64,000 nt of DNA from Nanobdellota archaeon (GTDB taxonomy: Archaea > Nanobdellota > Nanobdellia > Woesearchaeales > GW2011-AR4). Within the stretch, counting starts at the first letter, position 1; every line of letters begins with the position of its first letter. A program made the translations under genes and the position numbers. The stretch lies in the NCBI GenBank assembly GCA_038046385.1, contig JBBSWH010000011.1:32001-96000 (forward strand). The letters are read 5' to 3'. This document shows positions 18,756-28,841 of this stretch, one piece after another. The notes under the pieces are model-generated. The model saw only the letters and a program-made list of their open reading frames with translations. It was not told where the DNA came from and made no database searches.

Positions 18756-20039
18756 CTAAAACAATTTCTTAATTACTTTATGCGTGAACTTCTTCTTTCC
18801 GCTTGAGTAATCAGCCACAATTTGGCCTTTTCCAACTAGTTTGTACTTGTAAATAACCAACCCTTCCAGCCCAACAGGGCCTCTCGCGTGTATTTTGGCT
18901 GTGCTTACTCCGACTTCTGCGCCTTTTCCATAACGGAAACCGTCGGAAAACCTTGTTGATGCGTTCCACATCACAGAAGCAGAATCTACAAGGCTCATGA
19001 ACGTTTCTGCGTTCTTTTTATCTTCTGTTACAATAGCGTCAGTATGCTTTGAGCCGTACTTGTTTATGTGCTCAACAGCTTTATTTACATTATTGACTAT
19101 CTTGATTGACAAAATCAAATCATTGTATTCAGTTTCCCAGTCTTTTTCTGTTGCTGCTTCTGAAGATATTATCTTTCTTGTTTTGTCATCCCCTCTAAGC
19201 TCAACTCCTTTTAGTTTTCCAGCTGCTAATGGCAAAAACTTTTTTGCAATGTCCTTGTGCACAAGCAGAGTTTCCATTGCATTGCACACAGCAGGGTACT
19301 GGCATTTTGCGTCAAATGAAATGTCAACCGCTTTCTTCAAATCTGCGCTTTTGTCAACATAAACATGGCATATGCCGTCAGAATGCCCAAGCACAGCTAT
19401 CTTTGTGTTTTCCTGTACGTATTTTACGAACGCATTACTTCCTCTAGGGATTATTAGGCTGATATACTTGTCCATCTTGAGCATTTCTGCTACTTGTTCC
19501 CTTGTTTCTATCAGCTGTATAGCTCCTTTTGGAACACCGTTCTTTTCAGCAGCATCTGAAATTATCTTTACAAGAATCCTGTTAGAGTTTAATGCTTCAG
19601 ACCCTCCTTTGAGTATCACAGCATTTCCTGATTTTAAGCACAAAGAGCTTATTTGCGGCACAACATCAGGCCTTGACTCAAATATTGCTCCAATAACTCC
19701 GATTGGGCATGTAACCTGATAAAGCATTAAGTTGTTATCCAATTCCATCTGCGAGATTGTTTTCCCGGAAGGATCATCCAGCTTCGCAACGCCTTTTACT
19801 TCAGCTATTATTTCATCTATCTTGTGATTGTCAACAAGCAATCTTTTTACCAGAACGCCGCTTAATCCTGCTTTCTTTGCAGCTTCTATGTCCTTTTTGT
19901 TTGCTTCAATTATTGCCTTAGAATTCTTCTTTATTGCATTTGCTATTGCTAATAATGCTTTATTTTTTACGTTTGTTGGAAGCACAGCTAGCTTTATTGA
20001 TGCATCTCTTGCCAGTTTTGCCTGTGCTTCTATGCTCAT
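18756..20039 (-). CDS. proA: Gamma-glutamyl phosphate reductase
   Basis: IFESRP, CNAMETLL, NASTRFSDG, HARGPVGL. Confidence 0.96.
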   Translation of the reverse strand: MSIEAQAKLARDASIKLAVLPTNVKNKALLAIANAIKKNSKAIIEANKKDIEAAKKAGLSGVLVKRLLVDNHKIDEIIAEVKGVAKLDDPSGKTISQMELDNNLMLYQVTCPIGVIGAIFESRPDVVPQISSLCLKSGNAVILKGGSEALNSNRILVKIISDAAEKNGVPKGAIQLIETREQVAEMLKMDKYISLIIPRGSNAFVKYVQENTKIAVLGHSDGICHVYVDKSADLKKAVDISFDAKCQYPAVCNAMETLLVHKDIAKKFLPLAAGKLKGVELRGDDKTRKIISSEAATEKDWETEYNDLILSIKIVNNVNKAVEHINKYGSKHTDAIVTEDKKNAETFMSLVDSASVMWNASTRFSDGFRYGKGAEVGVSTAKIHARGPVGLEGLVIYKYKLVGKGQIVADYSSGKKKFTHKVIKKLF

Positions 20040-20845
20040 TTTCCCATTTCCCTGCTTCTTTTTGCTGCAGCATTTACTGTTTTAGCCAAAATATCCTTTG
20101 CTTTTAGTTTATCCAGCATCTCAAGCCCTGCAACAGTTGTTCCTCCCTTTGAAGCAACCATTGCAATAAGCTCTTCCGGAAGGATGTTGTTTTGCATTAA
20201 TAATTTTCCTGTTCCCAATGCTGTTTGAGCAGCTAATTTGTAGGATACTTCTTTTGACAGCCCTTCTTTTATCCCCTGCTTTGCGATAGCGTCTATGAAA
20301 TAGGCGAAAAAAGCAGGACCTGATCCACTTACTCCGATTAAAGCATCAATTTGACTTTCTTTTAATTGGAAAGTAATGCCTGCAGCGCTTAATAATCTTG
20401 AAACTTCTTTTACATCTTCCTTTGTTGCCAATTTTCCTTTCACAAATCCAGAAGCCATTTCTCCAACCAAACAGTTTACATTCGGCATTACCCTGATTAT
20501 TCTCTTATTCTTTAGAATATTTTCATAATGTTTTAGCTTTATTCCTGCTGCAATTGAAACTATTAACTGATTTGTTATTGTATACTTTATTTCATTTAAT
20601 AAAACGTCCATGTCCTGTGGTTTTACGCAGAGGAAAACAATGTCTGCTTTTTTTATTGCTTCTATATTACTGTTCGTCGTCTTTACATTCCTGAATTTAG
20701 CTTTTATATTTTTTAGATTCTGCTCATATTTGTCAGCAGCGATTATTTCTTTTGCAAGATTGTTGCTGTAGATGGAGCTAATCAGCGCGCTTGCCATCTT
20801 CCCTGTTCCGATAAAAGAGATTGTTTTTATTTTAGTTTCTTCCAT
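20036..20845 (-). CDS. proC: Pyrroline-5-carboxylate reductase
   Basis: FIGTGKM, RVMPN, SGSGPA, SKGGTT. Confidence 0.95.
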   Translation of the reverse strand: MEETKIKTISFIGTGKMASALISSIYSNNLAKEIIAADKYEQNLKNIKAKFRNVKTTNSNIEAIKKADIVFLCVKPQDMDVLLNEIKYTITNQLIVSIAAGIKLKHYENILKNKRIIRVMPNVNCLVGEMASGFVKGKLATKEDVKEVSRLLSAAGITFQLKESQIDALIGVSGSGPAFFAYFIDAIAKQGIKEGLSKEVSYKLAAQTALGTGKLLMQNNILPEELIAMVASKGGTTVAGLEMLDKLKAKDILAKTVNAAAKRSREMGK

Positions 20846-21413
20846 AGTAATTCCACATTGTATCTATGTAAAATGAATGATTATTCAAGATTATATGGTT
20901 CTCTTGTATTTCTTTTATTAAAGTTTGCTGTTTTTGCAATGATTCTATAAATTCATCCTCTGATAACGAAATACTGTGGATTTTGTATGGCAGCAGGTGA
21001 GAAGGATAACTAACTTTTTTGCCGGATATTAAAAACAAATCAAGATCAGAGTCTTTATCCGCCTTAAATTTGGCAAAACTCCCAAAAACAATGACTGGCT
21101 CGTTGATTTTGAGCTCTTTGAGAAAAATATTAAAATTAGGGTATTTATTAATGAAACACGATGTTCTGTACACCTCTGCCTTAAGCAAGTGCAGCTTTGT
21201 TTGGATATTGCCAAGATTCAGATTGAAATACTTGTTCTTGCCGCTTACTGAACCCTTGAGTATACTCTCTTTTTCAAGATGGTTTACCAGATTTTGCGTA
21301 GTTTTTAGCGGCAGCTTGGCAAGCCTGCTTATTTCCCTCAGATAAAACTGCCTTTTGTAATCCCCTAAGAATAATGCCAGAATCGCCAGATAACTGTTTC
21401 TTTTTAGATACAT
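20832..21413 (-). CDS. wHTH plus minimal nucleotidyltransferase (MNT antitoxin-like)
   Basis: YLREISR HTH; VFGSFAK...DSDLDL. Confidence 0.85.
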   Translation of the reverse strand: MYLKRNSYLAILALFLGDYKRQFYLREISRLAKLPLKTTQNLVNHLEKESILKGSVSGKNKYFNLNLGNIQTKLHLLKAEVYRTSCFINKYPNFNIFLKELKINEPVIVFGSFAKFKADKDSDLDLFLISGKKVSYPSHLLPYKIHSISLSEDEFIESLQKQQTLIKEIQENHIILNNHSFYIDTMWNYYGRN

Positions 21414-21432
21414 ATGTATCTTTTTAGATACA
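21395..21432. promoter_or_regulatory. Tandem palindromic operators over the MNT start
   Basis: TGTTTC-TTTTTA-GATACA and TGTATC-TTTTTA-GATACA, 20 bp apart. Confidence 0.6.
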
Positions 21433-21494
21433 ATTGGTATAAATACTTTTCTATAGTAAAAATATAAACTAAAGTTAACACCTATTAACTGAAG

Positions 21495-21532
21495 TTTGCA
21501 AGATTGTTGCTGTAGATGGAGCTAATCAACGC
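21495..21532. repeat. Copy of proC 5' sequence (20751-20788)
   Basis: 37/38 identity by eye. Confidence 0.85.
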
Positions 21533-21610
21533 AGATGTGATATCTATGGTTTTTTACAGCACTTGTGTTTTTACAGAAGCTTTAAATAAGGATACCACTT
21601 ACTAGGGACT

Positions 21611-22330
21611 ATGAATAGGGAACTCGAAAGAAGAATTGAGGAAGCATGGCAATCTCTTTCCCCGCAGCTTAGGGCTGACGTTCAAAGAGAAGTTGGATTT
21701 AATAGGGAAGATGTTTCTGCAGAGCAATTGAGAGAGATAGTTCTTGGCTATGTCGGGCCTAAATTAATGATGGTAAAATCTGAAAGGCTTGTAAGGGAAG
21801 AAGCTGACAGAATAAGGCGTGAAGTACAGGATGAAGTAAGATCAACATTGGGAGATATGCAAAGCCAATATTCTGCTTTTTTAACTCATGTATCTTCCAT
21901 TATGGAAAACCTTGTAGCATTAAAACAAATGGAAGCAACGCGTCCAACTCAAATAGCAGCCAATCCAGTTCCTGAGCAAAAATATTTCCCGCCTTCACTT
22001 TCTTATACAAACTGCATAAGGCACCATGATCCGACTTCAGAACATCCTAAGGGTGAACCAGGTCCGGAAAGATGTGTTTTAACAATTCCACAGGAAGATG
22101 GAATACACATGAGGTGCTTAGTGGCGTATGCTTCACAGAATCCCGGTGATCAGGGATTTGCCAGATTACCTTACCAAGTATTTCACGCAGAGTTATTAAG
22201 GCAAGGGGGATGTCCAAGACCCTTGAGCAGAAGCATCAGCAGAAGGCTTCCTGTAATCAGCTACCTTTTTACTAAACCGGACATTTGTCCATTAGCTGGC
22301 GGAGAAGAGATGATTGTAGGACACAAATAA
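21611..22330 (+). CDS. Hypothetical protein
   Basis: Long ORF after TATA TTTAAATA; helical N-half, Cys/His-containing C-half. Confidence 0.65.
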   Translation: MNRELERRIEEAWQSLSPQLRADVQREVGFNREDVSAEQLREIVLGYVGPKLMMVKSERLVREEADRIRREVQDEVRSTLGDMQSQYSAFLTHVSSIMENLVALKQMEATRPTQIAANPVPEQKYFPPSLSYTNCIRHHDPTSEHPKGEPGPERCVLTIPQEDGIHMRCLVAYASQNPGDQGFARLPYQVFHAELLRQGGCPRPLSRSISRRLPVISYLFTKPDICPLAGGEEMIVGHK

Positions 22331-22331
22331 A

Positions 22332-23267
22332 ATGCCACAAGATGATTTAGAAGCAGAATTGGAAAGAGCATTTGAAGGATTTCAGGCAACTAGACTAGTT
22401 GATATTATGGGTGGAACTCATAGAAGTAATCCTACTGTAGGAAGAACACCTTTAGTTGTCCTGATAGAAGATCATTCCAATCCAAATCTTGAAAATATGA
22501 TTGCTTATTTGGAAAGAAACAAAGGCAAAATGCCTTATAGTGAGTTAGTGGATAAGCATATAGAAATAGTCAGGTATTTTACACGCATAGCTCATTTACA
22601 AATTCCCGGGGTTCAAGAATTGCGTGAACAGGAGCTTGAAGCTCTTTCATCTTTATACAAGAGACAAGAACAACAGAGAAAATTAGAAGAAGTATTAGCT
22701 ATAGACAGAGCACAATTAATACACTTAAAAGAATCTGGAATCAGAATGGACGCACTTTCTCAAATACTTTACAACCATCTCTTTGCAAATGCCGGAGAAC
22801 TGGTAAGGCCGGAAGAAAGAGATAGGCTACTTAACGATTCTTCTGTTAGACTTGCAGCATTAAGATTTTATTCAAGAGAAACAGGCGAGGGCAAAGTGGA
22901 ATCTGCAAGCGGTGATGCAGGCACTCAGCTCGTAAGGCTAAATTCAAGCGCGACAGGCCTTCAAATAAGAGGTTCTAATTTGAGAGAAAAAGTTGCCGCT
23001 TATTTAACAGTAGGATACTTCTTGGGATATTTTGAAAGGCAAATAAGCGGAATACAAGCAAAAATAGAAGACACTAAGGCAAAATATGCTCCGGTAAAAT
23101 TATCTCCTGACGAAGAGCTTAAATTGAGAGAATTCGAAAGCGGCGGGCATAAAAAATACAGCCCTTCAAGCTATTTTGCAATGTATACAAATTCTGTATG
23201 GGCGCAAGTTTTACATTTTATCAGGGAATCAAAAAAAGCTGGAGCTAACGTAAACATCAATCTTTAA
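22332..23267 (+). CDS. Hypothetical helical protein
   Basis: Long ORF, tightly coupled to neighbours. Confidence 0.65.
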   Translation: MPQDDLEAELERAFEGFQATRLVDIMGGTHRSNPTVGRTPLVVLIEDHSNPNLENMIAYLERNKGKMPYSELVDKHIEIVRYFTRIAHLQIPGVQELREQELEALSSLYKRQEQQRKLEEVLAIDRAQLIHLKESGIRMDALSQILYNHLFANAGELVRPEERDRLLNDSSVRLAALRFYSRETGEGKVESASGDAGTQLVRLNSSATGLQIRGSNLREKVAAYLTVGYFLGYFERQISGIQAKIEDTKAKYAPVKLSPDEELKLREFESGGHKKYSPSSYFAMYTNSVWAQVLHFIRESKKAGANVNINL

Positions 23268-23270
23268 AAA

Positions 23271-24665
23271 ATGGCACAGGATGACCTACTAGCAAGGCTT
23301 AACAAAGCATTTGAAGAGCAGCATCAAAGAGCTAGAGCAAGGGCTGCCAAAGAAGGAAAAAGAGAATTTACGCAGGCTGATTATGATACAAACCCAGTCG
23401 TAAAATTAGCTAAAGTTTATGATTGGTGGGGAGATATTTCCCTTTCATTGGATGAAAGAGTAAGTGATCTTGAAAAAAATTTAGGCTCACTTAATTTTTC
23501 TGCAGATAACATGCGGGCTTTCCATGCTGAATTTCCAAGGCTTCAAAATGCAGAAGACGTCAAAGATAGCCCTTACGGATTCTCAAATGACAGCATTAAT
23601 TATATACTATTTATGTGTACGTTGGGAAAAATAGCTAAGTCCAAAGGCGAATATTCTTCAGATCCAGAAATTAAGCCTTTCTTTGATTCAGGAAAGTTAA
23701 TGCCGCAATTGACTTATCTTGCAACACATACCAGCAAGCCCAGAATTAAGTTTGATGGTTTGGACACCGTAGTTCTTACAGGAATTAAATGGGGAATTTT
23801 TAATGAATTTAATCATGGAAAACTGACTATTGACTGCGCTTTGCCTAACCTTTACGGAGGAGTAGGCAACAAAATGAAAGGTGGCACTATTAGAATGACT
23901 GATAAAGTTAAACCCGACTCTTTGGGCTGGAATATGGAAGGGGGTACTTTAATTTATGATGGCGATTTTACGGGTGATGGGGGTATAGGAGAAGAAATGA
24001 AAGGCGGAACAATCCAAATTAATGGCGATGTTTATAGTGATTCTAACATTGGACATTTAATGCAACGTGGTAGCATTATAATAAATGGGAGTTATATTTA
24101 CGGCAAAAACACCGCTACTTATGGAGCAGGACACGAAATGAAAGGAGGAACTATCACAATAAAAAAAGATGCAAGAGACTGCTATCAACTTGGCTGGCAT
24201 ATGAAAGGGGGTCAACTAATAGTTGAAGGCAGCGCCTATGGTAAAATAGATGTAGGAACTTGGAGTGGGCAAGGAGCTACTATCGAAATAAAAGAAGACT
24301 GCTTAGTTAAAGAAATTGGAACCCTATTAGCAGGAGGAGAAATTAAAATAGGCGGAAATGCAGAAGTGAATATAGCATCAAGCATGGAAAGTGGCTTGAT
24401 ACGCATCAGAGGCAATGCCACCAATCAATCTGATGGGGGGTATGGATACTCTCTTGGCTGCGGCATGAAAGGGGGAGTAGTAGAAATTGGAGGAGATTTA
24501 ACAGAAATATCTAGCAGCATGGAAGGAGGAACAGTCAAAATAGGCGGAAATTTTATTTATAAGGATTCTCTTATGGGTGGCGGACAGGTTTATGAAAGAG
24601 GGGTTTTAGTACCACATTTAACTTTTTTGCGCGTAGTGGGTAAGATATTAAAGTTAATAGAATAA
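23271..24665 (+). CDS. GXGXG/FwdC-like beta-helix repeat protein
   Basis: About ten G..M.GG.I.I.G repeats. Confidence 0.8.
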   Translation: MAQDDLLARLNKAFEEQHQRARARAAKEGKREFTQADYDTNPVVKLAKVYDWWGDISLSLDERVSDLEKNLGSLNFSADNMRAFHAEFPRLQNAEDVKDSPYGFSNDSINYILFMCTLGKIAKSKGEYSSDPEIKPFFDSGKLMPQLTYLATHTSKPRIKFDGLDTVVLTGIKWGIFNEFNHGKLTIDCALPNLYGGVGNKMKGGTIRMTDKVKPDSLGWNMEGGTLIYDGDFTGDGGIGEEMKGGTIQINGDVYSDSNIGHLMQRGSIIINGSYIYGKNTATYGAGHEMKGGTITIKKDARDCYQLGWHMKGGQLIVEGSAYGKIDVGTWSGQGATIEIKEDCLVKEIGTLLAGGEIKIGGNAEVNIASSMESGLIRIRGNATNQSDGGYGYSLGCGMKGGVVEIGGDLTEISSSMEGGTVKIGGNFIYKDSLMGGGQVYERGVLVPHLTFLRVVGKILKLIE

Positions 24666-24767
24666 ATAGTTTACTGCTTCTTTACAACTTCAACTTTGGC
24701 TCTTACGCCTACAAGATAATTCATAGAATCAACGACTGCAGCGTACATCCCGTTGCAGTATCTGTGG

Positions 24768-24816
24768 TTGCAAGATTGTTTTTGTAGATGGAGCTAATCA
24801 ACGCGCTTGCCATCTT
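24768..24816. repeat. Copy of proC 5' sequence (20752-20800)
   Basis: 46/49 identity by eye. Confidence 0.85.
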
Positions 24817-24849
24817 TCTAGTTATGGTAGGGGAATTGTTTTGGTTTCA

Positions 24850-26958
24850 TTATCCGTGGCCTCCTTTTTTAGACCCTCCTTTTTTAGCTATTTGGTATTT
24901 GGCATGCTCTAAAACTCCGCCCGGGCCAAGAGGATCAGTAATAAATGGCCCCCCATAATGTCTTATTCCATAATCCCAACCAGGCTCTCTTTTAAGGGCA
25001 TTTCTGGCTTTTTCAAAGCTGAAATTATTTCTCATAGTAAAATCTATCAAAAATTTTGCAAGCCCTCTTGTAGATATATGTGGGAACGGATTTTCAGACC
25101 ATTTATTTATTCCATCGGTAGTTTCATAGTAAAGCATCCTCCCCCAGTGTATATAATCGTGATTTACCGCAGCCCTGTCAAAAGCTGGATTAAGGTGTGT
25201 TGGGGTCCTAATTTCGTCTCTTAAAGTTTTCTCTTCTGTTTCCATGTCATATTTTCTAGAAATTTTTTGCTCGTCTTCCGGGGTTATTTTGGAAGGATTT
25301 CCACACCCAACTATTTTTCCATCATAAACTGTTCCAATTTTCTTTTTTGCATTTTCATCTTCCCAATTATCGAAATCCGCTTCTGTGTAGTAAATTGGCC
25401 TGAACATTATTCTGGTTTTAAGGTCTTTTGTATCAATTTTATCAAATGCATCCATAGATTGAGTTGAGTTTATTCTAAACAAGCCTGCAATGATATAATC
25501 CATGCTGGATTTTGAGTGCGGATGAAAGCGCCCGTCCCTAAAATCATCCCTGTAAGCGTCTGTCTCGTTCGATATGAAACTTATCTTATCGAGAGGCTCG
25601 ACATCCCCTATACCACCATCATGCACCCATTCATCAGGAACTTTTCTTATGTATTTTTTTAAGTATTTCTCCCCATATTTTCCTTTAACATTAATTCCTT
25701 TAGTGACCTTGTTATTCCAAACTTCTTCTCCCCCATCCTTTTCTTTTACTATTCTTATCATTCTTTCTTGCCATTTGTTCCTGCTTATCTCTGCCCACCA
25801 CCTATCTGTCAATACATACCACCCGCCATTATACTCAAAAACTTCCAGCGGCCAGTTGTTTTCATCTTTTCCGGCCTCAATTTCATCATCTCTTTTGAAG
25901 TCAGAATATTCATCCTTGAAATAAACTGCTTTCTGAATTTTTTTGCCATCTGGCCCATCAACTTTTTTTATTATATGGGGTTTTATTATTTTATAAGTAT
26001 GCGCAAACCTGATAAACATTTCTTTTGGCTTAAACTCATCGGCTAATCCTTTGCCAGCTTCTCCCTTTAATATTTCTATAATCGTGGATATAGTATCCAA
26101 TTTTTCTCCGTGGTTTAATTCTATTTCTTTAATTTCCTTAAAACTTTCCCTAAGAGTGGTCAATAATTGGGTTACAGGAGTTCTAATATTTGCCCCCATT
26201 CCAGAAGAAGAAGCGAAGTGGTCTGCTCTCGCCAATATAATTTCAAATTGAGTGGATACCTTCTCCATTTTAGAAGCACCAATTGCAACAATACTTTGCG
26301 GCCTGCCGTCTGTGAATGGAACAACTACGGGATTTGTATCAATATGCGGCAAAAATCCCAATGATCCTACTAGACTTTCCTTTTCTTCCAGAATTTTTTG
26401 GGCAATTTCTAAGTTAGCTATGTCCGGATCATCTTTTTTCAAAGACCCTTCTCTTGCAATTTTTCCTTCTATTCTGTTCTTTGTTTGTTCTGCTTCTCTT
26501 ATAATCTCTAAAATCTCCTCTTCAGTCATTGCAGATTTTTTGGTAATCTCAATAGTTCCGGTTTCTTTAAAAATGCTGGCCTCTAGTTTTGCAGCTTTAC
26601 CCTCTTTGAAGTATTCTATTAACCTATATCTGTCAGTGAAAACATGATCGCCTGGTTTCTCTTTATATTCAAATCCTTCAGCTCCAAATAGCTTTTCTTC
26701 TATTTCAGTCCAATTGGCTTCAATTTCCTGCAAAACTTCTATTTTTTTGTCATTTTTTGTAAATAAATACTTATAGTTCTCCAAAAGGGGATTAATTTGA
26801 TCTGTACTTTCTTTTGTGATATCTACCATTACCCCTTCTCTTTTTCCAAATGTACTAGCCCAAATATCGTTAAGCCTGTTATGGAACCATTGATTTATTC
26901 TCTTGCCAATGGCTTGGGTTAATGTTCCTGCTTTGGTTTCTTTTGGTGGGTCTGTCAT
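24850..26958 (-). CDS. Large soluble hypothetical protein with NPAFDR domain
   Basis: 702 aa; C-terminal motifs shared with 28825..31446. Confidence 0.75.
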   Translation of the reverse strand: MTDPPKETKAGTLTQAIGKRINQWFHNRLNDIWASTFGKREGVMVDITKESTDQINPLLENYKYLFTKNDKKIEVLQEIEANWTEIEEKLFGAEGFEYKEKPGDHVFTDRYRLIEYFKEGKAAKLEASIFKETGTIEITKKSAMTEEEILEIIREAEQTKNRIEGKIAREGSLKKDDPDIANLEIAQKILEEKESLVGSLGFLPHIDTNPVVVPFTDGRPQSIVAIGASKMEKVSTQFEIILARADHFASSSGMGANIRTPVTQLLTTLRESFKEIKEIELNHGEKLDTISTIIEILKGEAGKGLADEFKPKEMFIRFAHTYKIIKPHIIKKVDGPDGKKIQKAVYFKDEYSDFKRDDEIEAGKDENNWPLEVFEYNGGWYVLTDRWWAEISRNKWQERMIRIVKEKDGGEEVWNNKVTKGINVKGKYGEKYLKKYIRKVPDEWVHDGGIGDVEPLDKISFISNETDAYRDDFRDGRFHPHSKSSMDYIIAGLFRINSTQSMDAFDKIDTKDLKTRIMFRPIYYTEADFDNWEDENAKKKIGTVYDGKIVGCGNPSKITPEDEQKISRKYDMETEEKTLRDEIRTPTHLNPAFDRAAVNHDYIHWGRMLYYETTDGINKWSENPFPHISTRGLAKFLIDFTMRNNFSFEKARNALKREPGWDYGIRHYGGPFITDPLGPGGVLEHAKYQIAKKGGSKKGGHG

Positions 26959-26966
26959 ATTCTTAC

Positions 26967-28841
26967 CTATGCTGCTCTGTCAATTAAATTATTATTCATC
27001 CCTAATCTTTTCGGCTGTAGACTTATAATCTGGGATGAAGTTTTCCCATCATCTTTGTTTGGTTGGCCATTGCCAAGAGAAGCAAATTGGTTGGGTTTCT
27101 GCGTTAAAAATACGCCAATTTGGTCAATATAATCCTTTTTCTTTGATTCAATCTGTGCAAGACACCTTGTCGTTTCCGGCATAATAACCTCGCATATGTA
27201 GGAAAGCTCATGGAGTATTCTAAGCCCGGCAATATACTTTGCTTCTATTCTCTTTTTTACTTTTACTCCTCTCTCAGCCAGTTCGAGCGATACATAGCTT
27301 CCAAAACCGCTCCTTGTTATCGCCGCCGTGCTTGAATTATCCAGTATGCTGCCATCTGTTTTGGCAGCTCCAGAAGTTTTTGCTATGAACCCTTGCCAAT
27401 CTCCCAGCCTTTTGGCAATTTCAGCCCCGGCTCTACGTTCCTTTAAGTCTTGCGTAACCTCGTCCAATAGATTTAATTTTGCCACAAGATCCGGGATTGT
27501 CAAAACCACATTTTCGGTTAAATTTTGAAATTCCATTCTTTCATTTTCTAATTTTTTAATGAGCTGTTTTTTCTTTCTGTTCAATATTCTTAAAAATAAT
27601 TCTTTGGCTTTTGTAGAAGAATCACCCTCTAGCATTAATTTTTTCAAATCAGCAAGTGCAGTAATCTTTTGCTGCTCAAGTTGCTTTATCCGCTGTTCAA
27701 AAATTTTTATAATAGTCTGCGCAGCAGGTTGCACTACTATTTCATAAGCGCGTCTTGTCAATTGCTGGTCAAGGTTCTCCAATTCATTTTCCCAGTCAAC
27801 AGGAGCCTCGTGCTTTTTTTGTTCAAAGGCCTCCAAAACTCTTGCAAATTGCTCATTTCCAAACCTTTCCCTGACCATCCTTATGTAATTCTTGCCTTTC
27901 TTCAGGTTGTTGTAAAATTCATAGAATCCTTCCCAATTCCCTTGCGTTTCCACAGAGCGCTTGATGGCGTCTCTTGCCATTGTGAAAAATTGTATTTCTT
28001 GCATGTAAGTCAAGAGCCTTTTTATTTCCGGAGTTTTTTTCATTTCACTGACGAGATTTTCATCTTTAAAATACATGCTGAATCCTAAAAAAGAGTTTCT
28101 ATCATACCTTGATCTGCCACCATTTATGAACAAAAACCCCCTTTCTATGAAAAGTTGGATACCATAAGACATTATGTATGGCCAGCTTCTTATATCGTTG
28201 GTGCACCTGTTTAATTCTTCAACTTCTCTGTCGCTCAAGGAAACTATGGCCATTCTTAATATGTCTGCAGTTGCCTTATCGTGGATTCTGTCAACTTGCT
28301 TCATCAGTTCATCATAATGGGTTTTTACATAAGCAATAACTAGTCGAGGATTTTCCAATAATTTTGCCATTGGCTGCAAAACAGTTCCTAAATCAGTTTT
28401 CCCTCTTTGTGAAAACCCTAACGACCTCATCTCTTCTGCCAACTGACTGTCTAACTGGCTTATTTGATTTATTCTTGGATTTATTTCTGAAGCAAATTTA
28501 TCATTGTCTTTCACCAAAAGATTATATGCGCTTAATCCAAGCCTTAATGCTATCCATTTTTTATTATATCTCTCTGTCAGTCCTATTCTTTTTCCGCTTG
28601 CCGCTATACTTAATGCGTTTTCTCCAGTTTCTTTATTGGCAAGAACCGATTCCCATCTTAATATTATGTCCCATCTATTGCTTATTTGCCAAAATTTGGC
28701 AAGAAACTGACTGTAACTTGCATCAAACTCTGCGAAAATGTCTCTTTCGACTTCACTCTTGGTACTTTTTCCTGCAAATATCATAGGAATCCATCCAAAA
28801 ACCCTTCTTTTGTTTTCTGTCATTTTATTTGCTATGCTCAT
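26967..28841 (-). CDS. Large helical/coiled-coil hypothetical protein
   Basis: 624 aa; overlaps the upstream gene. Confidence 0.75.
   Translation of the reverse strand: MSIANKMTENKRRVFGWIPMIFAGKSTKSEVERDIFAEFDASYSQFLAKFWQISNRWDIILRWESVLANKETGENALSIAASGKRIGLTERYNKKWIALRLGLSAYNLLVKDNDKFASEINPRINQISQLDSQLAEEMRSLGFSQRGKTDLGTVLQPMAKLLENPRLVIAYVKTHYDELMKQVDRIHDKATADILRMAIVSLSDREVEELNRCTNDIRSWPYIMSYGIQLFIERGFLFINGGRSRYDRNSFLGFSMYFKDENLVSEMKKTPEIKRLLTYMQEIQFFTMARDAIKRSVETQGNWEGFYEFYNNLKKGKNYIRMVRERFGNEQFARVLEAFEQKKHEAPVDWENELENLDQQLTRRAYEIVVQPAAQTIIKIFEQRIKQLEQQKITALADLKKLMLEGDSSTKAKELFLRILNRKKKQLIKKLENERMEFQNLTENVVLTIPDLVAKLNLLDEVTQDLKERRAGAEIAKRLGDWQGFIAKTSGAAKTDGSILDNSSTAAITRSGFGSYVSLELAERGVKVKKRIEAKYIAGLRILHELSYICEVIMPETTRCLAQIESKKKDYIDQIGVFLTQKPNQFASLGNGQPNKDDGKTSSQIISLQPKRLGMNNNLIDRAA

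Noticed and set aside
23271-24665. Functional formylmethanofuran dehydrogenase subunit C
   Set aside because: No other fwd/fmd subunits are present and the N-terminal half is unrelated.
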